This document shows positions 48,293-56,800 of a DNA stretch of 61,089 bases, in pieces. Origin of the DNA: a virus (Duplodnaviria; Caudoviricetes); the IMG/VR virus record IMGVR_UViG_3300025108_000045, positions 1 through 61,089 of that record; one strand, given 5' to 3'. A program made the position numbers and the translations under genes. Each line of letters opens with the position of its first letter. The first letter of the stretch is position 1. Below the pieces are notes generated by a model, which made no database searches, had not been told where the DNA came from, and was given only the letters and a program-made list of their open reading frames with translations.

Positions 48293-49548
48293 GCAATACC
48301 ACCTCTGCTGACATACAAGTCATACGGGTGCGCTCCCCAACGAGTAGGGTCGTCGTCGGGGTCTGTTTCCGTAGCACCTGTTGGATTGGATGTGTTCCCG
48401 CCCGAAGCGTTAGGTGTTGCGCCACTGTCCGCGCCTCCTGCCCCGTCCGCTTTGCGCATCAGTTGACGCAATAGAATGTTGAGTTTGTCAATCAAGTGAC
48501 GATATTCAATCTTATCACGCGCGGATATTCCTTTCTGTGCTTTCAAGAAGTCAATTGAGGCAAGAATGGAATCGGATGAACCAACACCACCGCCCGCCAT
48601 AGCAGAAGCACGACCGCCCGCAAGAGAAGTCTCTTCACTCATGTGCGCACCCATAGGTGTTTTCGCGGTGCGCGGTTGACGCATGGCTTTCGTGTGCGGC
48701 TTAGAACGACCACGACCACGCGGACCGCGAGTCACCCTTGATTGAGTTGTCATAGTAGGTGTTGGTGGAGTTATGTCTTGAGTGGGTTGATTTTGGCGAA
48801 TTTGTTGACGCATGGCTTCATTTTCGCGTTGTCTTGGGTCGGGGTAAGATTGCTTTGCGCGAGAACGACCTGTGGATGTTGTCAAAAAACGAGGCGCAGT
48901 TCTTTGCCGGTATGTATAACCGGGACTCATCATGTACCCTGCGCGCGCAGAAGCCATGCTTGTCATAGAACCGGGGTTTCTTACATTCCCTGCTTTGAGT
49001 GGAGCGCCACTGCCCTTTCTTCGCCGCTTACGCTTTTGTGATTCAAGAGTAATGTTCTTCCGCGATTTTCGCTTTTTACCAGTTTTAGCCCGGTCGCGAG
49101 CGCGCACAGTATCAATAGTCGTCGTCTTTTGCGGCTTGTCGCTATCGTAGGACGGCTTCTCGCGCCTTTTACGAATCATCTCAAAAGCATCATCAATGTA
49201 GTCGGTGGAGAGCATGATGTTTGCCCCAAGACCACTTGCTTTGGGATTCGCACCATCAATGGCCTCGTTTTGCCCCACTTGTCCAGCCATTTGTCCAACT
49301 TCGGCCTGTTGCTTCATATCGCTGTCTTCTTCATCATCAATACTCTTTTGCGGTATCTTGATTTTCATGTGTTGAAGACCTTGCATCATTTCAGCACGCT
49401 TTTCTTGCTTTTCGCGTTTTTTCGCTTCGTGGAGAGCGCGCTCTTCGGAATCTTCACGACCGACGCTGGAATCATCTTCCAAATTCTCAGCACTTTGGCG
49501 AGGGTTGAATCGAAGACCTTTGGTGCTACCTTGAAGACCACCAGCCAT
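48289..49548 (-). CDS. Low-complexity protein with an Arg/Lys-rich central block (419 aa)
   Basis: GGAGGTGA SD before ATG 49548; the basic block is bounded by DDAFEMIRK and ASIDFLK. Confidence 0.65.
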   Translation of the reverse strand: MAGGLQGSTKGLRFNPRQSAENLEDDSSVGREDSEERALHEAKKREKQEKRAEMMQGLQHMKIKIPQKSIDDEEDSDMKQQAEVGQMAGQVGQNEAIDGANPKASGLGANIMLSTDYIDDAFEMIRKRREKPSYDSDKPQKTTTIDTVRARDRAKTGKKRKSRKNITLESQKRKRRRKGSGAPLKAGNVRNPGSMTSMASARAGYMMSPGYTYRQRTAPRFLTTSTGRSRAKQSYPDPRQRENEAMRQQIRQNQPTQDITPPTPTMTTQSRVTRGPRGRGRSKPHTKAMRQPRTAKTPMGAHMSEETSLAGGRASAMAGGGVGSSDSILASIDFLKAQKGISARDKIEYRHLIDKLNILLRQLMRKADGAGGADSGATPNASGGNTSNPTGATETDPDDDPTRWGAHPYDLYVSRGGIA

Positions 49549-49549
49549 A

Positions 49550-50215
49550 TCATTCACCTCCCATCAACTTGCCGCGAAGACGCGCCCATACTTCGGGAGA
49601 CTCTTTCGCTAATTCAACTTTGAGGATGTTAATCGTTTGAGCAGTCATGTGCTCATTTGTTGTACCAGCCGCGCGTTCTTGTACGCGCATTATGTCTTTC
49701 ACCGTCTCACGCACCTCTTTGTGTAACGAAACAATGTTGCGCACATATTGAGGGTCGTTACGGTCTGCATCATCAAGGAAGTGACCAAGTTCGCCGTTGA
49801 GTCGCGATAAATTATTACGGATGCTTTGCATTTCTTGTCCCGATTCGACAATGATGAGTTCAGCCGCCCCCTTTTGCACAATGGGTTTGAGGTGATGTTT
49901 GATGTGGTGATAAACGCTCGATTCGGGTATTTGAATGTCCAAAGCAATTTCATCAGCGGTCATCGCGCCATTGAAATAAGCCTCTTCAAGATTTTCTCGT
50001 TTAGAAGAAGTGCAAAATCCACATTCGCTATTACTTGCCATGTGATAATCACCCATGTGATTTCGGAAATGCCGGTCTGCTGTACCTTCGCGCCAATCCA
50101 TGTCTTTATCCAAATCCTTGGCGATAACTAACCCGCCTTTCATCATCTCTTCTAATGAGTCGCGACCTTCGTCTTGGCAGAACTTGCAAGAACTACGAGT
50201 TACACGCTCCGCCAT
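49550..50215 (-). CDS. Probable terminase small subunit: tandem CxxC-HTH-HxxxH domains plus coiled coil (221 aa)
   Basis: Start MAERVT after a TATA-like box; CKFC...HFRNH and CGFC...HIKHH repeats; helical C-terminus; first gene of the terL operon. Confidence 0.55.
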   Translation of the reverse strand: MAERVTRSSCKFCQDEGRDSLEEMMKGGLVIAKDLDKDMDWREGTADRHFRNHMGDYHMASNSECGFCTSSKRENLEEAYFNGAMTADEIALDIQIPESSVYHHIKHHLKPIVQKGAAELIIVESGQEMQSIRNNLSRLNGELGHFLDDADRNDPQYVRNIVSLHKEVRETVKDIMRVQERAAGTTNEHMTAQTINILKVELAKESPEVWARLRGKLMGGE

Positions 50216-50238
50216 GACAAAGACCAAGTATCGGTCCG

Positions 50239-50247
50239 CGTTAAGCA
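50239..50247. promoter_or_regulatory. Putative bidirectional TATA-like element (CGTTAAGC)
   Basis: TTAA core about 29 nt from ATG 50215 (minus strand) and about 33 nt from an in-frame GTG at 50274 (plus strand). Confidence 0.45.
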
Positions 50248-50252
50248 TTTCT

Positions 50253-50591
50253 ATGAGAAAGCGACTCAACCGTGTGCCTAAAATTGGCGGCGTGCCGATG
50301 ACAAGAGCCACGGCAAAGAGTCTTTCACATGCGGCTAAAGATGTTTTGACAGGACAAAAAGCAACTCTCAAAGAAAGAGAAGAAAGGTTGTGGATTTGCT
50401 CATCATGCCCCGAACGACAACAAAATAGGTGCGGATTATGCGGTTGCTTTTTGAAAGGCAAAAGTATGCTCAAAAACAGCAAATGCCCTATCGGTAAATG
50501 GTCAACCTTGTTGAGAGAGGCGGCGGTAAACGATGCCAGTCGCGCTGAAACAAACGAAGAGCGCGCCAATAATCCAACTCAAGTCACTTGA
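50253..50591 (+). CDS. Cys-rich zinc-binding protein, the only plus-strand gene recognised (start ATG 50253 or GTG 50274)
   Basis: RLWICSSC...RCGLCGCFLKGK...KCPIGKW, a pattern I associate with a small phage family (DUF6171-like, from memory). Confidence 0.75.
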   Translation: MRKRLNRVPKIGGVPMTRATAKSLSHAAKDVLTGQKATLKEREERLWICSSCPERQQNRCGLCGCFLKGKSMLKNSKCPIGKWSTLLREAAVNDASRAETNEERANNPTQVT

Positions 50592-50735
50592 ACTCATTTT
50601 TGGGCCGGAAAAGACCAAAATAAGAAAACAACCAAGCGTCAATGCGATAAGTTGCACCATAATCATGTCAACGACGACTGATTTTCGCAAGTTCGTCATG
50701 TCGCTCAATGCGCCATAAATACTCGTCATGTCCAT
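50502..50735 (-). CDS. Small two-TM membrane protein (77 aa)
   Basis: Hydrophobic segments IMVQLIALTLGCFLILVF and LSWIIGALFVCFSATGIVY; last gene of the GTPase operon. Confidence 0.7.
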   Translation of the reverse strand: MDMTSIYGALSDMTNLRKSVVVDMIMVQLIALTLGCFLILVFSGPKMSSSDLSWIIGALFVCFSATGIVYRRLSQQG

Positions 50736-50736
50736 C

Positions 50737-51333
50737 TCATCGTCCCCCTGTCAAAGCAGAGCGCAGGAAAGAGCCGCCTGTTGAAGCAACTGTTTGCATC
50801 ATGCCGGGGTCGGCTAATGCAGTGTTCAACATGCCTTGCATAGAACTTTGATTCGCGATTGCAATCATTTGTTGGAATTGCATGTTCATTTGTTGAACAT
50901 TGTTTGATGCGGCATTGAGCATTTGAGTTTGAGCCATCGTCACACTGTCGGGAGTAGGCATACCTTCAATGCCGCTGAAATCAAACGAAAAACCATCGTC
51001 ACTTTCCTTGATTTTTACTTTTGAAAGCATTTGGTGCATCGAAACGGCAACAATGTTACTCGTCAACGCGATGAGCATGTTCATATTAGCACCGTTGTTA
51101 TCCGACAGCCACTTGTCAATCATCGGATTGCTGGTAATCATCATTGAAAGAATATCCATTTCAGTAGGCGGCGGAGGGGGCGCGTATGGGTTTTGATAAC
51201 CTTGTTGCGCGTAATTTGCACCCATTTGGGGCATTTGCCCCGGCACTTGTTGCTGTCCGTTGGCGAGTCCAAGATTAAGCGCACCATTCATTGGTTGCGC
51301 GGGCTGATTGTTGTTGTTGTTCCACCACGCCAT
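50737..51333 (-). CDS. Gln/Asn/Met-rich low-complexity protein (198 aa)
   Basis: GAGGTGG SD; MAWWNNNNN start, PPPPP and amphipathic helices. Confidence 0.75.
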   Translation of the reverse strand: MAWWNNNNNQPAQPMNGALNLGLANGQQQVPGQMPQMGANYAQQGYQNPYAPPPPPTEMDILSMMITSNPMIDKWLSDNNGANMNMLIALTSNIVAVSMHQMLSKVKIKESDDGFSFDFSGIEGMPTPDSVTMAQTQMLNAASNNVQQMNMQFQQMIAIANQSSMQGMLNTALADPGMMQTVASTGGSFLRSALTGGR

Positions 51334-51342
51334 GATACCACC

Positions 51343-52227
51343 TCAAGCGCTACCCTCATTTTGTTGTTGCGGTAGCGGCATAGGCATGCTTTGTTGTTGC
51401 ATTTGATGCATTGCGAGAGCATCTTGTAGCATTCGCGTGTTATTCCCTGCTTGGAATTGTCGCATATCAAAGACAATCATCACTAAATCATTCATACCTG
51501 TCGCGGTATTAGTGAAATGCGTCACTGGAATGTTGTCTTGCTTCAACATCGCGAAAAATTGCTCATATTTTGCAAGTATCGGAGGGGTGTTGTCTTTCTT
51601 TTTGATACTGCTGACTGGTACAGCCACTACTGAAACACCCTTCTTTAGTTTCGCCTTGAGCGTCCCTCCACTCGCTTCTTGCTCAGCCTCTTCTTCCTTC
51701 TCCCACTTGCAGAGCAAATGGTACAGGTGAAGGTGTTCGGGGCAGTAAGTTCCTCGTAATTTACGCCCACTTGTGACATTTTCGCGCGCTACAAAGGCTT
51801 CTGCTTCTCCTGTGACCGGATTTTTGAAGTAAATGTCCCATAATGACTGTCCTGTCTCTTCGTCAATGATTTGTTCGTAAATGTTACCCGCCATGCGCAA
51901 AAGATGCTCCACATCGCAACCATCAATGACACATCGCATGGTGTTGGTGTTGTATCGGTACTTTCCACCAAATAACCACCTTCTTGGGGACAAAATAGAC
52001 CTTTTTGTGCCTTTCAACAAGCGATACGCTTGCTTAATGTCCTTTCTTCGCGCCTTTTTGGGGTTAGGATGTTGCGAAGGATAGAAATTTACCTGCGGAA
52101 CTTCAATGTGAGTGCTTGCTTCACTCATCGCGGACTGTGCAGAAGCCTGTTGTTGCATCTGTGCAAGGCTCATTTGGGTCTGTGCGGCAAGGCGTAATAG
52201 GTCATTTTGGGGTGTATTTCCGAGCAT
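51343..52227 (-). CDS. Protein with Gln-rich ends and a putative Zn-binding core (294 aa)
   Basis: Likely start MLGNTP; CVIDGC...YCPEH; directly downstream of the GTPase. Confidence 0.7.
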   Translation of the reverse strand: MLGNTPQNDLLRLAAQTQMSLAQMQQQASAQSAMSEASTHIEVPQVNFYPSQHPNPKKARRKDIKQAYRLLKGTKRSILSPRRWLFGGKYRYNTNTMRCVIDGCDVEHLLRMAGNIYEQIIDEETGQSLWDIYFKNPVTGEAEAFVARENVTSGRKLRGTYCPEHLHLYHLLCKWEKEEEAEQEASGGTLKAKLKKGVSVVAVPVSSIKKKDNTPPILAKYEQFFAMLKQDNIPVTHFTNTATGMNDLVMIVFDMRQFQAGNNTRMLQDALAMHQMQQQSMPMPLPQQQNEGSA

Positions 52228-52231
52228 TTTG

Positions 52232-52954
52232 TCACCAACTGAGCATTTCAATCATCGTTTTTTCGACATTCCAGCCGATTTTAGTCGCCATCATGCTGAC
52301 GCGACATGGAATACCTGCTTTTTGTAGTCTTCGCATGGCCGGACGATGCACATCGAACACTTTATGCTCGCGTAATCGGTTAGATTGCCATAATATGTTC
52401 GCATTTTCATCCCACCACTCGTCTGCTTTGTTCGCGACCAGCCAAATTTGCTTAGGAGTGTACCTTTTTCCTCTAATTCGAGTCTTCAAAGAGCGGTATT
52501 TCCATCTTTTTTCAATTAAAGCATCAACAAGGAACTCAAAACCACCAATCGCGTCAATAACTTTCGCCCCTTGGCCTCCTAAGACGCGCGTATCGGTCAT
52601 GAATACAACAATTTCCACTTGTCTGTCCACCATATCGTCAATCCATAGGTTCCAAAAGCGTTGTTGTCCTCCAATATCGGAAGAATGAACCACTCTCTTC
52701 TCTCCTTTCCAGCGAAGACGCTTTCGCGTAGCCTGCGGAAGAACATATCCTCCGCCAATGAGCCTTTTTGCATGCATGGTGCGCTCTTCAATGTCATCCA
52801 TCTCGCCCGGAGTGCGCATAAATTGGTCGAGAGTCGTCTTTCCGACTTGCGTTGGACCGTAAACACCTATTCTGCGCGGCTTTAGGTAGTTATACAGTTC
52901 ACGACCGTACACAACCGCGCCCATAAGCGCGCTACCAGCCATTGTTGCAACCAT
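52232..52954 (-). CDS. Ras-superfamily small GTPase, Arf/Arl-like (240 aa)
   Basis: G1 GPTQVGKTT, G2 EERT, G3 DIGGQQRFWNLW, strand VVFMTD, G4 NKAD, G5-like MATKIGWNV; N-terminal hydrophobic/amphipathic helix. ATG overlaps the upstream TAA. Confidence 0.9.
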   Translation of the reverse strand: MVATMAGSALMGAVVYGRELYNYLKPRRIGVYGPTQVGKTTLDQFMRTPGEMDDIEERTMHAKRLIGGGYVLPQATRKRLRWKGEKRVVHSSDIGGQQRFWNLWIDDMVDRQVEIVVFMTDTRVLGGQGAKVIDAIGGFEFLVDALIEKRWKYRSLKTRIRGKRYTPKQIWLVANKADEWWDENANILWQSNRLREHKVFDVHRPAMRRLQKAGIPCRVSMMATKIGWNVEKTMIEMLSW

Positions 52955-53190
52955 TATGTCACCCAACCGCGAACTTTATTGTAAACCCACTCAACAGTGT
53001 TCTCCCAAATGCTCACATCAGCATGCAATTCAAAAAAAGACACACTCAAAGCAGTCACAAACCCTGTTATCACGCACAACACCAGCGCCTTTCCCTTTTC
53101 ATAATAAGTGTCAAGCGTGTTTTGAGTGTGCAAAGCGCGAAGTGTTGCCTCGGTAGCATCATCTCCGGGTGTTTTGAACAACCATCCCAT
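52954..53190 (-). CDS. Single-TM membrane protein with a C-terminal amphipathic helix (78 aa)
   Basis: MGWLFK start; TM ALVLCVITGFVTALSVSFF; IWENTVEWVYNKVRGWV. Confidence 0.75.
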   Translation of the reverse strand: MGWLFKTPGDDATEATLRALHTQNTLDTYYEKGKALVLCVITGFVTALSVSFFELHADVSIWENTVEWVYNKVRGWVT

Positions 53191-53194
53191 TGAT

Positions 53195-53707
53195 TCACTT
53201 CCTTTTCTTAGCGTATGTACCATCGGGGTTCCTGCGACCTGTTTGGTTACCCAGTTTCATGGGCTTTTTGGTGTCTGCTTTGTGGGCAGGCACATCACCT
53301 TCTTCCATCAACTTGATGTAATCTTGAACTTCGGGGTCTTCTTCCAATTTTTGCATTTGTTGCGAAAAAACGGCTTCCTGTTTCTTGATTTCCATTTCCA
53401 TTTGACGCTGAGCGAATTTCATTTGTTGCGCTTGCATGGTTCGACTCATGTTTTTCTGCATGTTTGCAATAACTGCGCGCTGGTCCATGCCATCTTGTGC
53501 CAACATTTTGTAAATGAAGTAAGCCATTCCCTGCAAAGTGAACGCACCCATGGTGTAGGTAATCGCGTTCGTATAAGTATCGGGCGATGTAAGCCATAAT
53601 TCAGCATCGAAGACAGCAATCGCGCATCCGACGAGGATGCTTACGAATGATATGAGTCCCAATACGCGTAATTCGTCTGTGTTTGAAGAGTTAGGGCTTG
53701 GTTGCAT
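53195..53707 (-). CDS. Two-TM protein with a C-terminal coiled coil (170 aa)
   Basis: AGGAGG SD; TMs VLGLISFVSILVGCAIAVF and AITYTMGAFTLQGMAYFIY; Q/M/K/E heptad-rich tail. Confidence 0.8.
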   Translation of the reverse strand: MQPSPNSSNTDELRVLGLISFVSILVGCAIAVFDAELWLTSPDTYTNAITYTMGAFTLQGMAYFIYKMLAQDGMDQRAVIANMQKNMSRTMQAQQMKFAQRQMEMEIKKQEAVFSQQMQKLEEDPEVQDYIKLMEEGDVPAHKADTKKPMKLGNQTGRRNPDGTYAKKRK

Positions 53708-53741
53708 GGGGTTGCCTCCTTGTTGAGCGACAACGCGTGCG

Positions 53742-53750
53742 CTACATAAG
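53742..53750 (-). promoter_or_regulatory. Putative TATA-like box (CTTATGTAG) of the GTPase operon
   Basis: About 42 nt upstream of ATG 53707, followed by an SD-containing leader. Confidence 0.4.
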
Positions 53751-53766
53751 CGTATTCATTCACCCT

Positions 53767-53845
53767 ATTCTCAGTATTATACTATTATTGTTACAATAAT
53801 ACAAACTAATTATTCTTATTAGAACGAAATGAGATTATCGAGAAT
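53767..53845. promoter_or_regulatory. AT-rich spacer with nested inverted repeats
   Basis: TATTATTGT-t-ACAATAATA (53783-53801), AGTAT-t-ATACT (53773-53783), CTAAT..ATTAG (53806-53822), outer ATTCTC..GAGAAT. Confidence 0.7.
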
Positions 53846-53847
53846 CC

Positions 53848-56800
53848 TCAATCATCTTCCGGCATTTGTCGGAACCGATTTTGCGGCAATTGCGGTGGCT
53901 TGAACGCGAACGGAGGCAATTCACCCGCTTGGCCGGGTTCTGCCGCCTTGTCATCGTATGGCTGACGGATGGTCATCGGAAGCGGTTGTTGAACTGGCCC
54001 CTCACCTGCTTGCGGGTAGCGTTGCGCGAACTGTTGGGCTTGAGAACCGAGTCTTGTTCTTGCATCACTGGTACTGCCTGTCGCACCCTGCTGAGGTGCT
54101 GTCCCACTTGGTTGCGTTTGCATTTGCTCTCCTTGCGGTCCAACCGTCGCCTGTTGACCGATTGGTCGCGAAGAAGGACTCATTGGGACTGTTCCTCGCT
54201 GTGTCGCAGGGCCTTGCAATCTCTCACCAAACTGCTGTTCACCATAAGCAACTGCGTCGTAGGTTTCCAAATCCTCATAGTCGCCAAAAGTAATTGTAGG
54301 GTGGAACATTGTCGCTTTCGCGTTTATCCCTTCTATTTGCTCGATGAGTTCTGCTGAAACTTCGCCGTTTTCTAAGTCTTTTCTCAATTCACTCGCGTTT
54401 CCATAGCCATTCTCACCCATGAGGTCAGTCATAGCCTGCATTCGCATCCAATTCGGGTAGTGGCGGAATAGAGCCATTTCTTCCATTTGCGCGACAATCT
54501 TTTCATCTCTTGCTTTAGATTCATCAGTCACTGAGGATTGAGCGGCAACACTGTCTTGGTAAAGTTGGTCAATTTCTAATGGCAACTTTTGCGCACTACT
54601 CTTGGATACTTTAGAATTTTTCAATACATCGTTTTTGAAATCCAAACCACTGGTTAAACCGCCACCGAAATCTTTCTTCGTGTTTTTCAAATCAATAGAA
54701 CGCTCCATGTCTTCTTCATCATCATAGCCAAACATACGCGCCGCTTCGTTGTAAGCAAATGTTTGCAAATCGCCTCGCATTTGCACTGTCTCAAAGAAGT
54801 TCTCGACACTTAGGCGCGTATCAGCACTGTTGCCATTTGCTTTCATCGCGTCAACAACTTTCTTGTGGAAGTTGGGGTGTGAAATATCATCATAGGATTC
54901 TAAGAACTTCTTCAGCATTGAGAGCCTTGCGAATTCAACATACATTGGCTTCACAATTTGATTGACTGCTCGCTTGTGACCAGCATCAAGCCCCTTACGC
55001 GGTCCACCTCTCGGAGAATCCCCTTCTTCTTTTTCAAGTGACAAGTAATCTTTGATGCTTGAATAAGATATTCCTTCTGCGGATAATTTGTCGAGTAAAG
55101 ACTGGTCCCAACGGATTTCACCGTCTTCCATTTCAAGGTTCTCTTGGTCGCGAACATCATCGGGAGCATTGAACTCATCGTAAAGTTGACTTAGCGCAGG
55201 GTTTGACATTTCACTCAACTTTTGTTTGACAAGAGGTTTCTTCATTTGACCGACAATTTCCTTTGTCTTCTCCGCCTTTTCTTCGTCAAAATTCGATGTG
55301 TGCAGGTAGCGATTAAGTGCATCCATCATTGGTTTTGAATGCTTGAACATGTCTCTCAAATCTTTGAGACTCAAATGAGGCTCCGCCTTGCTATTTGGCG
55401 CGAATATGCCTTCATCGTTTTCAGCGTCAGTCAACCAACGACCGTGATTGTAAACAAGCGACTCATGAGACATCCCCGACTCCGACTGCACCTTATCATC
55501 ATCAAGCGAAAACAGTTTTTTGTTAGCCTTTCCCTTTTCGTTGTATTTCTTTGGGTAATCTTTGACCATCAAATTGTGCAATTTAGCGCACGCTGTTTGC
55601 ACAGTGTGATTGCGTTGACCGTGCGACCCTGCGATGTTAGGGTGGTTTTGAATTACACTCAAGAGATTATTGACCTTCTCTTCGCTTGCTCCGTTATTGA
55701 TAGCCTTAGCCGCCATCCCTTCTGCGCGCTTTAATATCTCATTGTTATGGTGCGCGTCTCGCAAACCTTTCAGTTTTTCTTGCGATTCGGAGATTACACC
55801 CATAGCATCATCTATGGGATTCACTTTCGCGTCGCTTATTTCGGGCGCTTTGCTCCGTTCACTGAATGCGTTAGAATAATAGTATCCACTCTCGTTAAAA
55901 TCCTTCTCAGTCATCTTAATCTTGGCTTTCTTAGCGTAACGCTCTTTGTTCAACGCTTGAATGGTTTTCAATTTAGTGAGAGGTAATGCTAACCCCCTTT
56001 CGACCGCATCGCGATGCATTTTCGCAGTGAAATTATTGCGTCCTGTTTTACCAACACCTTCTTCATCAAGCCGTTGTTGAATCATAGCGTTAAGACCATT
56101 TTCATCGTAATGTTCTCCGTAGTGAGGGCTGTGCTTGTGTCCATGGAAAACTTCACCTGTTTCTTCATCGACATAACCCCCGAAGTATTCGTCCACTTGG
56201 TCGGGGTCAAGATAACCGCTACCGTGACAATGCGCGCACATACCATCCGAACATCTTCCTCCCTCGGCGTCGGGGTGTTCTTGGTCGCATTCGGGGCAAG
56301 CAACTCCGGGGAACTCATGCCCTCGCATGTCCGAATGATGGCTATCAAAATCACCGTGATTCGTGGCGCGCAGATTCTTATGGATGTAATCCTGCATCTT
56401 CGGGCCGTTAGGGTTAGCACCAGCCAAAGCAGGGTTGTGTGCTTGAATGAATGAAATCGCATCATCCATAGTGACCTTTCCACTACCTCCGCAAAGGCCA
56501 CATCCTGTCGCACTGTTCATCACCCAATTTTCTTGCTTCCCTTCCGTATCATAAGCCTCGCGCTGTAACAATTCTCGGACTTGATGTTCTCTCATCTTAC
56601 CACTTGGGGGTATTTCTTCTTGAGGTATTTCCTCTTCTTGTGTACCAAGCACATCGTCTATGAGTTCTTTGTTCCAATCCGCATTATCTTCATTATGGAA
56701 AGCATCGTTCGCGAGTGTCAATTGTTTTTTGGTTAATTTACGACCATGTTGTTTGAGGCTCAACGCTTGTAGCGTTTCAGCGTCAGTCAATCCATACAAA

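Noticed and set aside
50216-50569. N-terminal 118 aa of the 339-aa ORF 49550-50569
   Set aside because: It is the antisense of the plus-strand Zn-binding gene; the real start is probably ATG 50215 after the TATA-like box.
50502-50735. Firm holin call for the 77-aa two-TM protein
   Set aside because: Topology is compatible, but there is no sequence evidence and no endolysin; kept only as part of the operon hypothesis.
52954-53190. N-myristoylation at Met-Gly starts (MGWLFK; track-predicted MGDIM of the GTPase)
   Set aside because: Prokaryotic hosts lack N-myristoyltransferase, and the GTPase more likely starts at MVATM (52954).
56215-56502. DnaJ chaperone
   Set aside because: Only CxxCxGxG motifs are present, with no J domain, inside a 2304-aa unrelated protein.
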